DNA of 64,000 nucleotides from Verrucomicrobiia bacterium (GTDB taxonomy: Bacteria; Verrucomicrobiota; Verrucomicrobiia; Limisphaerales; UBA11358), in NCBI GenBank assembly GCA_036509895.1, contig DATCEV010000030.1, positions 27,220 to 91,219 on the forward strand, written 5' to 3'. The notes under the pieces are model-generated. The model had not been told where the DNA came from. It searched no databases and saw nothing but the letters and a program-made list of their open reading frames with translations. A program made the translations under genes and the position numbers. Positions 28,436-38,245 of the stretch are shown here, one piece after another (within the stretch, counting starts at the first letter, position 1; each line of letters opens with the position of its first letter).

Positions 28436-28737
28436 CGGCGCGGGAAACGCGCAAGCAATTGCTTCTGGTCGAAAGCGAATTGAACCGCGCGCACTTGCTC
28501 AACGATGTGCGCGATATTCAAAATGAACTTCATCGCCTGCAAACTCAAGTTCATGCCATTGGTTCCATGATTGCGTCAACGGCCAGGCTCGCGGCCACTT
28601 TTTTTTCGATTGGAAATATTTTCACCCATCCGGATGATGACCATGCCGATAAAAAAAAATCCTGGATTTCTAACTTGATGAAGGGAGCGCGCACCGGCGC
28701 CTCGGTGTGGATGAAACTTAAATCTTATTTGCGCTGA
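28411..28737 (+). CDS. YqjK-like protein
   Basis: Starts MPGKTTRLTARETRKQLLLVESELNRAHL inside track ORF 28189..28737. Overlaps the previous stop by 25 nt. Call rests on position and the RKQLLL..SE.NR motif. Confidence 0.5.
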   Translation: MPGKTTRLTARETRKQLLLVESELNRAHLLNDVRDIQNELHRLQTQVHAIGSMIASTARLAATFFSIGNIFTHPDDDHADKKKSWISNLMKGARTGASVWMKLKSYLR

Positions 28738-28791
28738 TTTTATGCCTTTGCCAGCGCCACCGGCTGGTTTGACCTTGTATGAAATCATTTT

Positions 28792-29913
28792 ATGAAGTCA
28801 CTTGCGCCAGATTCGAGCGAAAATCATTTGCGCCAACCGCTGGAATCTCAAAAAGCATCGGCCCGGTTGAACGCAAGTTTCATGCGCTCCCTGAAAACGA
28901 TCCAGTTTTTTTTCATGGTGCTGGGCGGAATTGTTTTCGCCTATTTTGCGCGCCTCGTGGTGCTTCCGTTTTTGCTGGCGTGGGTGGCGGCGATGACTTT
29001 GAAACCGCCGGTAAGCTGGCTGCGGAACTGGGGTTTGCCCACTCCGCTCGCAGCGGCGGCGGTGCTGATTTTCTTTTTATGCGTCGTCGGCTTCAGCGCG
29101 CTGTGGCTGGGTCATCCCGCCGTGGAATGGGCCAAATCCGCGCCCGAACAAGTGCCGCAATTGAAACACAAATTCAGAAAAATTCTTCAACCGGTCTTGC
29201 GCTTCAGCGACGCGGCCTCGCGCATGGGCAATCTGGATGTTTCGCAAACTTCCACCAATGCGCCGCCGCCGGTTTTGAAAGATAACCATGTGGTCGGCGC
29301 CATGTTCACCTGGACCAGCGCGCTGCTGGCGGGAATTGCCGAGGCAGTTGTTTTGACTTTTTTGCTGCTGGCTTCGGGCGACAAGTTCTCACAAAAGCTC
29401 GCGCATCTCGTGCCGAGGCGGCACAAAAGACGCGCGGTGGAAATCAGCCAGGAAATTCAACATAGCATTTCCCGTTATCTGTTCACGGTCACTTTGATCA
29501 ATGCCGGTTTGGGTTGCGGCATTGGTTTGGTTTTTTGGCTGGTGGGAATGCCGGATGCCGCCATGTGGGGCGGCGTGGCGGCGCTGTTGAATTTTTTGCC
29601 GTTTTTTGGGCCGACGATTGGGATGATCATGGTCGGTTTGGCAGGACTGCTGGATTTTAATACCATTGGCGGCGCGTTGTTGCCGGTGGGCATTTATTTG
29701 TTTTTCCATTTATTAGAAGGTTATTTGGTGACGCCTTTCGCGCTGGGACGACGTTTCAGTTTGAATCCAGTGATTATTTTTGTGGCCTTTATTTTTTTCG
29801 TATGGTTATGGGGAGTGATCGGAGCGCTGCTCGCGGTTCCTTTATTGGTGAGCCTCAAAGTAATGTGCGGACGAGTGCCGGCCTGGCGAGCGATGGCGGA
29901 ATTTCTGGCTTGA
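28792..29913 (+). CDS. AI-2E family transporter (PerM/YhhT, UPF0118)
   Basis: About 8 TM helices; LNFLPFFGPTIG and HLLEGYLVTPFALGRR motifs. Confidence 0.85.
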   Translation: MKSLAPDSSENHLRQPLESQKASARLNASFMRSLKTIQFFFMVLGGIVFAYFARLVVLPFLLAWVAAMTLKPPVSWLRNWGLPTPLAAAAVLIFFLCVVGFSALWLGHPAVEWAKSAPEQVPQLKHKFRKILQPVLRFSDAASRMGNLDVSQTSTNAPPPVLKDNHVVGAMFTWTSALLAGIAEAVVLTFLLLASGDKFSQKLAHLVPRRHKRRAVEISQEIQHSISRYLFTVTLINAGLGCGIGLVFWLVGMPDAAMWGGVAALLNFLPFFGPTIGMIMVGLAGLLDFNTIGGALLPVGIYLFFHLLEGYLVTPFALGRRFSLNPVIIFVAFIFFVWLWGVIGALLAVPLLVSLKVMCGRVPAWRAMAEFLA

Positions 29914-30009
29914 ATTGTGAACCAACCCATTCATACAACTGGACAGCGGGACCGGACGGGCGTAGCGTCTGCCACTATTTTTGAAACGGCGGCTTAAGAA
30001 TTTTTTCCG

Positions 30010-32169
30010 ATGAAAGTTAATGCTACATTGCGACAGCCCAACAACGGGATTTATAAAACCATTGTCATCTTGTGGCTGTCGCTTTCCGTCGGGAGCATCG
30101 TGCTCGCGGCCATTTCGTGGACGGAACTTTCCCGGCAAATGGCCAGTGCCCGGCAAATGGCCGAGAGCCAGCAAAAATTGGACGCGATTCTCAAATCGCT
30201 TTTGGACAGCGAAACCGGCGCACGCGGATACGTCATTACTGGCAATCCGGTATTTTTGCAACCCTACCAAATAGCGGTGACAAATCTGTCGGTTCAATTC
30301 GGTCAGTTGATTGAATTGGTTCAGCACGATCCTGCGCTGCTTCAACATATCGGCGACTTGCAAGCAGAAGCGGAATTATCCCTTGAAAGCCAACGGCTGA
30401 TTCTGGCCGCCCGGAATCAAAGCTTCACCAATGCCGCCGCCCTGGTTGCCAGCAGAGAAGCCAAACATATCATGGACAACGTTCGCCGTCAGGTGAATGC
30501 CATTTACAACCTTCAATCCAATTTGCGTTCGGATATTCGCGAGCAAGTCAGAGATCAACTCATGCGCGCGAGCCTGACCAGTTTGATCGCCGGAACTTTG
30601 GGATTGATCGCGGGAATTTTCGCCTTCTGGTTGTCGCGCCTCACGTTGCAACATCAAAAACGCGAACGCGATTTGATCGAAGCCAAATTAAAAGCCGAGC
30701 GCAGCAATCGCGAAAAAACCATGTTCCTTGCGAACATGAGCCACGAAATCCGCACGCCGATGAACGCCATTCTCGGTTTCAGCGAATTGCTCCAGGCGGA
30801 TTTGAAAACGCCCAAGCACCGGCAATATCTTCAATCCATCCGCACCAGCGCCGACTCGCTGATGCAATTGATCAACGACATTCTCGACATGTCAAAAATC
30901 GAGACCGGCATGATGGAATTGCGCCCGGAGCCGACCGATCTGCACGAGATTTGCGATTTTCTGCATATGTTATTTTCCGAGCCGACGGCAAAAAAAGGAT
31001 TGAAGCTAAAATGCCACGTCGCCGAAGATTTGCCGCACGCATTGTTGCTGGACCGAATCCGGTTGCGGCAGATTTTGATCAATCTGGTGGGCAACGCCAT
31101 TAAATTCACGGATTCCGGCGGCGTGGAGGTGCGCGTGCTTTGGGAAAAACCGCCGGCCAACAGCGGCCTCACTCTCATCATTGAAATTCAGGATACCGGC
31201 GTGGGCATTCCCAAAGACCGGCTGGATGCGATTTTCAAACCGTTCGTCCAGTCGGGCGCTCATTTGGAAAAAGAAAAGCAAGGAACCGGTCTGGGACTTT
31301 CCATCGTCAAGCGCCTGACCGAAATCATGGGCGGCACCGTGACCGTCGCGAGCGTGATCGGACAAGGCTCGGCCTTTCATTTGCGGTTCACCGACGTTTC
31401 AATTTCCGCGCGCCTGCCCGCTTCCGAAAAAAAGACCAGTCCGGCTGAAATTAATTTCAACACCTTGCGCCAGGCAACTTTGTTGATCGTGGATGACAAT
31501 CAAACCAATTGCCAGTTGATCGCCGGAATTTTTGAAGGCTCGCATCACCGGCTGGTTTTCGGTTTCAGCGGCGAAGAAGCCGTGGCCAAAGCCCGCGAAC
31601 TCAAGCCCGATATTCTTTTGCTCGACGTCAGAATGCCGGGCATGAGCGGAAATGAAGCGTTGCAACAAATCCGCAAAATTCCCGGCCTGGAATTTCTTCC
31701 GGTCATTGCCGTGACCGCTTCCAGTTTGATGGACGAAGAAAAAGTTTTGCGCGAACAATTCAGCGGTTACGTCCGCAAACCTTTTTCAAAGCGGGAATTG
31801 TTCAATGAACTCGCGGATTTTCTGCCGGAGAATTCGCAGGACGGAACCGACGGCCAGCCGAACGGCGCGGAACAAAATGACGTTTCTCCGGCGATGGATG
31901 GAGCCGTGCCGAAAGAATTGATCACGCAATTGCGCCAGTTGCTCGTCGAGCCGTGGCCGTCCATTCGCGACAGCGTGGCAGTCAACGAAAGCAAAATTTT
32001 TGCGCAAGGTCTGGAAGGCTTGGGATTACGCTGGCAATGCCGGCCGTTGATGGCTTACGCGCAAAAAATTTTGAACGACGCGGAAAATTATGCCGTCACG
32101 GATCTGGAAAAACATCTGGGCGAATTTTCCGTGCTGGTCGAACAACTTGAGCAAAACGTGAAAGCATGA
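30010..32169 (+). CDS. hybrid sensor histidine kinase: CHASE3 - HisKA - HATPase_c - REC - helical tail
   Basis: CHASE3 signature LLDSETGARGYVITGNPVFLQPY; H-box MSHEIRTPMNAI; N/G boxes NLVGNAIKFT, DTGVGI, GTGLGLSI; REC LLIVDDN...LLLDVRMPGMSG...KP. Confidence 0.85.
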   Translation: MKVNATLRQPNNGIYKTIVILWLSLSVGSIVLAAISWTELSRQMASARQMAESQQKLDAILKSLLDSETGARGYVITGNPVFLQPYQIAVTNLSVQFGQLIELVQHDPALLQHIGDLQAEAELSLESQRLILAARNQSFTNAAALVASREAKHIMDNVRRQVNAIYNLQSNLRSDIREQVRDQLMRASLTSLIAGTLGLIAGIFAFWLSRLTLQHQKRERDLIEAKLKAERSNREKTMFLANMSHEIRTPMNAILGFSELLQADLKTPKHRQYLQSIRTSADSLMQLINDILDMSKIETGMMELRPEPTDLHEICDFLHMLFSEPTAKKGLKLKCHVAEDLPHALLLDRIRLRQILINLVGNAIKFTDSGGVEVRVLWEKPPANSGLTLIIEIQDTGVGIPKDRLDAIFKPFVQSGAHLEKEKQGTGLGLSIVKRLTEIMGGTVTVASVIGQGSAFHLRFTDVSISARLPASEKKTSPAEINFNTLRQATLLIVDDNQTNCQLIAGIFEGSHHRLVFGFSGEEAVAKARELKPDILLLDVRMPGMSGNEALQQIRKIPGLEFLPVIAVTASSLMDEEKVLREQFSGYVRKPFSKRELFNELADFLPENSQDGTDGQPNGAEQNDVSPAMDGAVPKELITQLRQLLVEPWPSIRDSVAVNESKIFAQGLEGLGLRWQCRPLMAYAQKILNDAENYAVTDLEKHLGEFSVLVEQLEQNVKA

Positions 32170-33323
32170 AAACTGATTCTTCAACCGGCGTGCCGGAACA
32201 AACTAAAAACGGTTCCGCTTCCGCTCCGGAAATTGCGGCGGCGCGGATTTTGGTCGTGGATGACCAGGCGGTCAACATTCAGATCGTCGGCGCGGTGCTC
32301 GGCAATTTGGGCCACGAAATCATTCCCGCTTCCGACGGCGTGACGGCTTTGAAGCGCGTCGCCCTGCGGATGCCGGATTTGATCCTGCTGGATTTGCTGA
32401 TGCCCGGCATGAACGGCTGCGAAGTCTGCCTGCAATTGAAATTAAATCCTGATTGGAAAGAAATTCCCGTCATTTTTTTGTCCGCCGCCGATGACAAGGA
32501 TTTGATCGTGCGCGCGCTGGATTCCGGCGGCGTGGATTACATCACCAAACCGTTCAACCAAGCCGAACTGATTTCGCGCGTGCGGACGCAACTGGCTTTG
32601 AAAAGCGCGCGCGACCGGCTCAAACAATTGGCCGAGGACAAAGATGAATTGCTCGGCATTCTCGCGCATGACGTGAAAAATTATCTGGGCGGGATGAACA
32701 TGAGCGCCGAACTGCTGCGCGAGCGCGTGGGCCGTTTGAACGACGACCGCTTGAAACAATTGTCGGAAAATATTTTTCGTTCCAGCGCGCAGGCCCTCGC
32801 GTTCGTCAAAGAATTTCTCGCCAACTCGGCGGCGGATTACAATTTTACGCCGAATTTGAGCCGCGTGAATCTGGTGGAAATTGCCGACACCGTCATCCAG
32901 CAATATCAGGAAACCGCGCGCCGAAAAAATATCGAGCTCAAAACAGATTTTCCATCCGCGCCCGTCAACGCGCTGGCGGATGCTTCTGCGCTGGATCAAA
33001 TTCTGGACAATTTGCTTTCCAACGCGCTGAAATTTTCGCCGCCGGACAAAAAAGTTTTTGTTTCCGTCCGCGCCGACGGCGAAAAATTGGAATGCGTCAT
33101 CCGCGACGAAGGTCCGGGTTTCACGCCCGACGACAAGGAAAAAATGTTTCGCCGTTACGGCCGGCTTTCGGCGCGACCGACCGGCGGCGAACCGTCCACG
33201 GGATTGGGCTTGAGCATTGTCCATAAACTCGTGGAAGCCATGAACGGTGAATTATTGTGTGAAAGCAGCCCCGACCAGGGCGCGACTTTTACGATTCGCC
33301 TGCCGAAAACTGTTTCAGCTTAA
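32166..33323 (+). CDS. REC-HisKA-HATPase_c response-regulator/histidine-kinase fusion
   Basis: ILVVDDQ...ILLDLLMPGMNG...KPF, then LAHDVKNYLG H-box, SNALKFS, DEGPGF, STGLGLSI. ATGA overlap with the upstream gene. Confidence 0.85.
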   Translation: MKTDSSTGVPEQTKNGSASAPEIAAARILVVDDQAVNIQIVGAVLGNLGHEIIPASDGVTALKRVALRMPDLILLDLLMPGMNGCEVCLQLKLNPDWKEIPVIFLSAADDKDLIVRALDSGGVDYITKPFNQAELISRVRTQLALKSARDRLKQLAEDKDELLGILAHDVKNYLGGMNMSAELLRERVGRLNDDRLKQLSENIFRSSAQALAFVKEFLANSAADYNFTPNLSRVNLVEIADTVIQQYQETARRKNIELKTDFPSAPVNALADASALDQILDNLLSNALKFSPPDKKVFVSVRADGEKLECVIRDEGPGFTPDDKEKMFRRYGRLSARPTGGEPSTGLGLSIVHKLVEAMNGELLCESSPDQGATFTIRLPKTVSA

Positions 33324-33333
33324 TGGAGGATTT

Positions 33334-34698
33334 ATGGATTTTTTAGTCATTGATGATGATAAGACGTTTCGCGACGCCACTTGTTTTTTGATTGAAGAAG
33401 CCGGGCATTACGCGGAAGGCGTCGAGTCCGGCCGGCTTGGATTGTCGTGGTTGAAAGAAGACAAGTGGGACGCGGTTCTGCTGGACTTGAATCTTGGCGG
33501 CGAAAACGGTTTGGACGTGCTGCTGGAAATTCAAAAACAATTTCCGCAAATCCCGGTCGTCATGTTCACCGCGCAAGGCAGCGTCAAAGTCGCCGTCGAA
33601 GCCATGCGCCGGGGCGCCGCCGACTTTTTGGAAAAGCCGTTTCAACGCGAGCAATTCATGACGGTGCTGGCGCGCTTGCAACGGCTCAATCAAATGACGC
33701 GCCGCATCGCGCGGCTCGAACAGGAAGTCACCGAAATCAAAACGCAGGGACTCGAACCGATCTTTGATTTCACGACGCCTGTCATGTGCGAAGTGATGGA
33801 TATTTTGACGCGCGCCGCCAGGACGCCCGCTTCCATTTTGCTGCTCGGCGAAAGCGGCACGGGCAAAAGCGTGGCCGCGCGCGCGATCCACGAAAAAAGT
33901 CATCTCGCGGACAAGCCGTTTGTGACCGTGAGTTGTCCGAGTTTGTCGAAGGAACTTTTGGAAAGCGAATTGTTCGGCCATGTGCGCGGCTCGTTCACCG
34001 GCGCGATCAAAGATCATTGGGGCAAAGTAAAAACTGCCGAGGGCGGAACCCTTTTTCTCGACGAAATTGGCGATTTGCCGATGGAAATTCAGCCGAAATT
34101 ATTGCGCCTTTTGCAGGAGCGCGAATACGAACGGCTGGGCGAAAGTGTGACGCGGCGCGCCAATCTGCGCGTCATCGCCGCGACGAATCGCGATCTCAAA
34201 AAGCGCGTGGCCGACGGTTTGTTTCGCGAAGATTTATATTTCCGGCTCAACGTCATCACCGTGGAAATGCCGCCGTTGCGTTTGCGCGACGGCGATCTGA
34301 TCCGGTTCGTCGAACATTACGAAAAATTTTTTGCGGCGCAATGCGCGCGCAAACTCGAGGGGCTTTCGCCGGAAGCCGTCGGGTGCCTCCGCGCCTACCA
34401 TTGGCCGGGCAACTTGCGCGAATTGCGCAACGCGATTGAACGCGCCGTCATTCTGGCCAAGGGCGATAAACTTCAGCCGGAAGATTTTTCCAACGAAGTG
34501 CGCGGACAAAATGCGGCGGCAAATTCTGGCGCGGAAAATTTGCCGCTGCTCGGCTCATTGATCTCGCTGGAAAAATTGGAGGAATTGCATCTGCGAAAAA
34601 TTCTGGAACGCACGCCAAGTTTGACGGAAGCCGCGCAGGTTTTGGGCATTGACCAGGCGACCCTTTATCGCAAGCGCAAACGCATCGGATTGGAATGA
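33334..34698 (+). CDS. sigma-54-dependent response regulator (NtrC family enhancer-binding protein)
   Basis: REC (VIDDD...LLDLNLGG...KPF), AAA+ GESGTGKS, ESELFGHVRGSFTGA (GAFTGA-type loop), C-terminal HTH AAQVLGIDQATLYRKRKR. Start at MDFLVIDDD (33334). Confidence 0.9.
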   Translation: MDFLVIDDDKTFRDATCFLIEEAGHYAEGVESGRLGLSWLKEDKWDAVLLDLNLGGENGLDVLLEIQKQFPQIPVVMFTAQGSVKVAVEAMRRGAADFLEKPFQREQFMTVLARLQRLNQMTRRIARLEQEVTEIKTQGLEPIFDFTTPVMCEVMDILTRAARTPASILLLGESGTGKSVAARAIHEKSHLADKPFVTVSCPSLSKELLESELFGHVRGSFTGAIKDHWGKVKTAEGGTLFLDEIGDLPMEIQPKLLRLLQEREYERLGESVTRRANLRVIAATNRDLKKRVADGLFREDLYFRLNVITVEMPPLRLRDGDLIRFVEHYEKFFAAQCARKLEGLSPEAVGCLRAYHWPGNLRELRNAIERAVILAKGDKLQPEDFSNEVRGQNAAANSGAENLPLLGSLISLEKLEELHLRKILERTPSLTEAAQVLGIDQATLYRKRKRIGLE

Positions 34699-35414
34699 AG
34701 AACGAGCCGGAAAATAGCGGCCCGACGCGCGAAGAACTTCTGCGCGAAAATGCGCGGCTGCGCGGCGATTTGCTGACGATTGCGCGGCGCATCAGCCACG
34801 ATTTGCGGACGCCACTCGGCGGCATCGCGACCACGAGCGAAGTGATCCGGGAAATTTTGGAAGAAAGCAGCGCCGCGAACGCCGCGCTCATCGCGCCGAT
34901 TTTGGATTCGACGGACGGCATGGCCAAAATCATCGAGCGCGTCAGTTTTGTGCTGAAAGCCTCGGCAAAATCTTTTCCCGCCAGCCGCATAAAAATGGGC
35001 GACGCCGTTTTTGCGGCGCTGGAACGTTTGGAAAGCAAAATCCTAAAAAGCGGCGCAACGATTGTGCAGCCGGATTCGTGGCCGGAAATCAATGGCGTCG
35101 CCATTTGGCTTGAAGTCGTTTGGTGGAACTTGCTCGCAAACGCTTTGCAGCACGGAAAAAATCCGGCGCGCGTTGAGCTCGGCTGGCTGGCGGAAAAAAA
35201 TAAATTTCGCTTTTGGGCCAGCGACAGCGGCGGCGCGATCCCGCCGGAAAAAATCGCCAAACTTTTTCAACCGTTTCATTCATTGCACGAGGCGGACGCC
35301 GCGCACGGATTAGGTTTGCCGATTGTGCAACGGCTGATGGAATTGCAAGGCGGCGATTGCGGTTATGAGCGGGCGACCGGCGGCGGCAGGTTTTATTTTA
35401 CGCTTCCGGCTTGA
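34695..35414 (+). CDS. soluble histidine kinase (HisKA + HATPase_c)
   Basis: RISHDLRTPLGGI H-box, NLLANALQHG, DSGGAI, AHGLGLPIV. ATGA overlap with the EBP gene. Confidence 0.8.
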   Translation: MKNEPENSGPTREELLRENARLRGDLLTIARRISHDLRTPLGGIATTSEVIREILEESSAANAALIAPILDSTDGMAKIIERVSFVLKASAKSFPASRIKMGDAVFAALERLESKILKSGATIVQPDSWPEINGVAIWLEVVWWNLLANALQHGKNPARVELGWLAEKNKFRFWASDSGGAIPPEKIAKLFQPFHSLHEADAAHGLGLPIVQRLMELQGGDCGYERATGGGRFYFTLPA

Positions 35415-35606
35415 GCCGTCGCCGTGGGCAAGTTGACCCTTGTAAAGTAGTTGTCAGCGTTTCAGGTTTCGTTTAATTATCAGAAGTGGCGCGCATCATT
35501 TCATCGGACGAAAATTGGCGCTTGAACATCATGGAAGTTGAAAACTCTAAAAGCGCGCCGCCCTGGTTGCTGACTATCTTCAAAGAAATTAAACCCGATT
35601 TCAAAA

Positions 35607-37628
35607 ATGGAAATATCAATGTATCGCAATAAATGGCTGGGCTTGCTCCTCGGACTTTTCATCGCGCTCGCGCCGGGGATCAAAGCAGCGGATTTGACGT
35701 CTTCGCAAACGGCGCCTGCGCCCAGCGAACCGCCCAAAACCAATTCTGAAGTGCTTACGACTTACAAAAAAATGAGCCTTGAGGAATTGATGAATCAGGA
35801 TGTCACTTCCGTCTCAAAACAGCCGGAGCCATTGCGCGAAGCGTCGGCGGCGATCCAAGTGATCACCGGAGATGAAATCCGGCGTTCGGGCGCCTCCAGC
35901 ATTCCTGAAGCCCTGCGGCTGGCGGATAATCTGGACGTGGCGCAGGTGAATTCACATGACTGGGCGATCAGCGCGCGTGGTTTCAATGCGAATCTGGCGA
36001 ACAAACTTCTGGTTTTGATTGATGGTCGCGCAGTTTACACGCCGCTCTATGGCGGAGTGCTTTGGAACATGCAGGATTATTTGCTGGAAGACATTGATCG
36101 CATCGAAGTCATCAGCGGGCCGGGCGGAACGCTTTGGGGCGCGAATGCGGTCAATGGCGTCATCAACATCACCACCAAGAACGCCAAAGACACGCAAGGG
36201 CTTTACCTGGAAGCCGGCGGCGGAACCGAGTTGCAGGATTTTACCGGCGTGCGTTACGGCGGAATGTTGACCTCGAATGTTTATTATCGCGTCTATGGCA
36301 AATATTTTAATTTGGATGATGAAATTCTTACTGATGGAAAAAATGCCTCGGACGCCTCGGAAAAAGGCCAGGGCGGTTTTCGCATTGATACCGAGCCGTC
36401 CCTGCCGAATGTATTCACAGTGCAAGGCGATATTTATACCGGCAACGAAGACATTGCCGCTGGCGATGAAAGAATCGGCGGCGGAAATGTTTTAGGACGC
36501 TGGACTCATGCAATGTCTGGCGGTTCGGACATGAGCCTGCAAGCTTATTATGACCGCACGCATTTAACTTATCCTTATGGCGCGCCGCTTGGCACGTTGA
36601 CCGATGATTTATCCACTTACGATTTGGATTTTCAACACAACTTCAGTTTGGGCCAGCGCAATAACATTGTTTGGGGACTTGGCTATCGTTTCACCCAGGA
36701 AGTCGAGAACAACGCCCATCAAGTGCTGTTTTTGCCGGCCACGCTGAACCATAATTTATTCAGCGGCTTTGTGCAGGATGAAATCAAATTGTTCGAAAAT
36801 CTTTTTTTCACGCTCGGCTCCAAACTTGAACATAACGATTACACCGGTTTTGAAGTGGAACCCAGCGCGCGCTTGCAATGGAACGTCACTTCCAAACAAA
36901 TGCTTTGGACGGCGGTATCGCGCGCCGTGCGCACGCCCTCGCGTTTCGATCACGATCTGAACATCCCCACGTTCCTTCCGCCGCCCTATCAAACTTTTCA
37001 GTCCGGCAATCCTGATTTTGAATCCGAAACCGTCATCGCCTACGAACTCGGCTATCGCGCCCAGCTTGGCTCAAAAATTTCCAGTTCCATTTCAACTTTT
37101 TACAACGATTATGATGATTTGCGAAGTTTGAGTCCCGGATCCGCCGCCGATTTTTTTCTGCCTCATGAATTTGCCAATGGTCTTAAAGCCGATACTTATG
37201 GGGTTGAGATAAGCGCCGATTATCAAATCCTTCATTGGTGGCGGCTGCACGGCGGCTACGATTGGCTCAAAGAAGATATTTATGTGAAGTCCGGGCAAAC
37301 TGATATGAACAACGCGCTCGACGAAACGGCCGATCCGCAAAACCAGGTTTTCTTGCGCTCATCCATGGACTTGCCGTTCAATCTCGCGCTCGACTTGGAC
37401 TCGCGTTGGATTGACATCCTTCACAATGATAACAACGGTGTGCCGGGAACTGTGCCCTCCTATTTTGAACTGGGCGCGCGGCTCGCATGGCGCGCGACAA
37501 AAAATCTGGAATTTTCCATCGTCGGCCAAAATCTTTTGCAGGACCAGCATCCTGAATACGGTTTTCCCGGCCCGACCCGCGAAGAAATTCAGCGCAGCAT
37601 TTACGGAAAAGTCGCATGGAGATTTTAA
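35607..37628 (+). CDS. TonB-dependent outer-membrane receptor
   Basis: Signal peptide; plug VTSVSKQPEPLREASAAIQVITGDEIRRSGASSIPEALR; DRIEVISGPGGTLWGANAVNGVINI; terminal ...KVAWRF. Confidence 0.85.
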   Translation: MEISMYRNKWLGLLLGLFIALAPGIKAADLTSSQTAPAPSEPPKTNSEVLTTYKKMSLEELMNQDVTSVSKQPEPLREASAAIQVITGDEIRRSGASSIPEALRLADNLDVAQVNSHDWAISARGFNANLANKLLVLIDGRAVYTPLYGGVLWNMQDYLLEDIDRIEVISGPGGTLWGANAVNGVINITTKNAKDTQGLYLEAGGGTELQDFTGVRYGGMLTSNVYYRVYGKYFNLDDEILTDGKNASDASEKGQGGFRIDTEPSLPNVFTVQGDIYTGNEDIAAGDERIGGGNVLGRWTHAMSGGSDMSLQAYYDRTHLTYPYGAPLGTLTDDLSTYDLDFQHNFSLGQRNNIVWGLGYRFTQEVENNAHQVLFLPATLNHNLFSGFVQDEIKLFENLFFTLGSKLEHNDYTGFEVEPSARLQWNVTSKQMLWTAVSRAVRTPSRFDHDLNIPTFLPPPYQTFQSGNPDFESETVIAYELGYRAQLGSKISSSISTFYNDYDDLRSLSPGSAADFFLPHEFANGLKADTYGVEISADYQILHWWRLHGGYDWLKEDIYVKSGQTDMNNALDETADPQNQVFLRSSMDLPFNLALDLDSRWIDILHNDNNGVPGTVPSYFELGARLAWRATKNLEFSIVGQNLLQDQHPEYGFPGPTREEIQRSIYGKVAWRF

Positions 37629-38245
37629 GTTCACCAAATCAAAATCGCCCGGCGCGCGAGACGTTTAATCCCCTCTCAAATTTCCGAGAGCGGAGACCGG
37701 CGCGCTTTTTCATTTTTTGTTTGTGGCTCGCGCTGTTTTATTTGGGCTTGAATGAGGCGCGCAGCCAGAACTTTTCCCGCGAATATCCGCTCAAAGCCGT
37801 CTTTCTTTTTAATTTTGCGCAGTTCACCATCTGGCCGGCCAATGCGTTTGCATCGCCGGATTCGCCGATTGTCATTGGAATTTTGGGCGACGATCCTTTT
37901 GGCGATGTGCTGGAGGAGACAGTGGACAACGAACAAGTCAATGGCCGGAAATTTCGCGTGGAGCGTTACCCGCATTTGGAAGACATCAAAAACTGCCAGA
38001 TCCTTTTTATCAGCCACTCCGAAACGTCGCATCTGGACAAAATTATAAAGGCGTTGAAAGACAAACCTATTTTGACGGTCAGCGGTATTGAGAATGCGGC
38101 CAATCGCGGCGTGTGCATCAGCTTTATCACGGAAAATAATAAAATAAGACTTCGCATCAATACGGATTCTTTGAAGCTTGCGAATCTCACCGTGAGTTCC
38201 AAACTGTTGCGCGTGTCGGAAATTACGCCTTTGCCAGCGCCATGA
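37616..38245 (+). CDS. YfiR family (DUF4154) periplasmic protein
   Basis: YPLKAVFLFNFAQFTIWP, ILFISHSE, C-terminal LLRVSE. Overlaps both neighbours, which suggests translational coupling. Confidence 0.75.
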   Translation: MEILSSPNQNRPARETFNPLSNFRERRPARFFIFCLWLALFYLGLNEARSQNFSREYPLKAVFLFNFAQFTIWPANAFASPDSPIVIGILGDDPFGDVLEETVDNEQVNGRKFRVERYPHLEDIKNCQILFISHSETSHLDKIIKALKDKPILTVSGIENAANRGVCISFITENNKIRLRINTDSLKLANLTVSSKLLRVSEITPLPAP

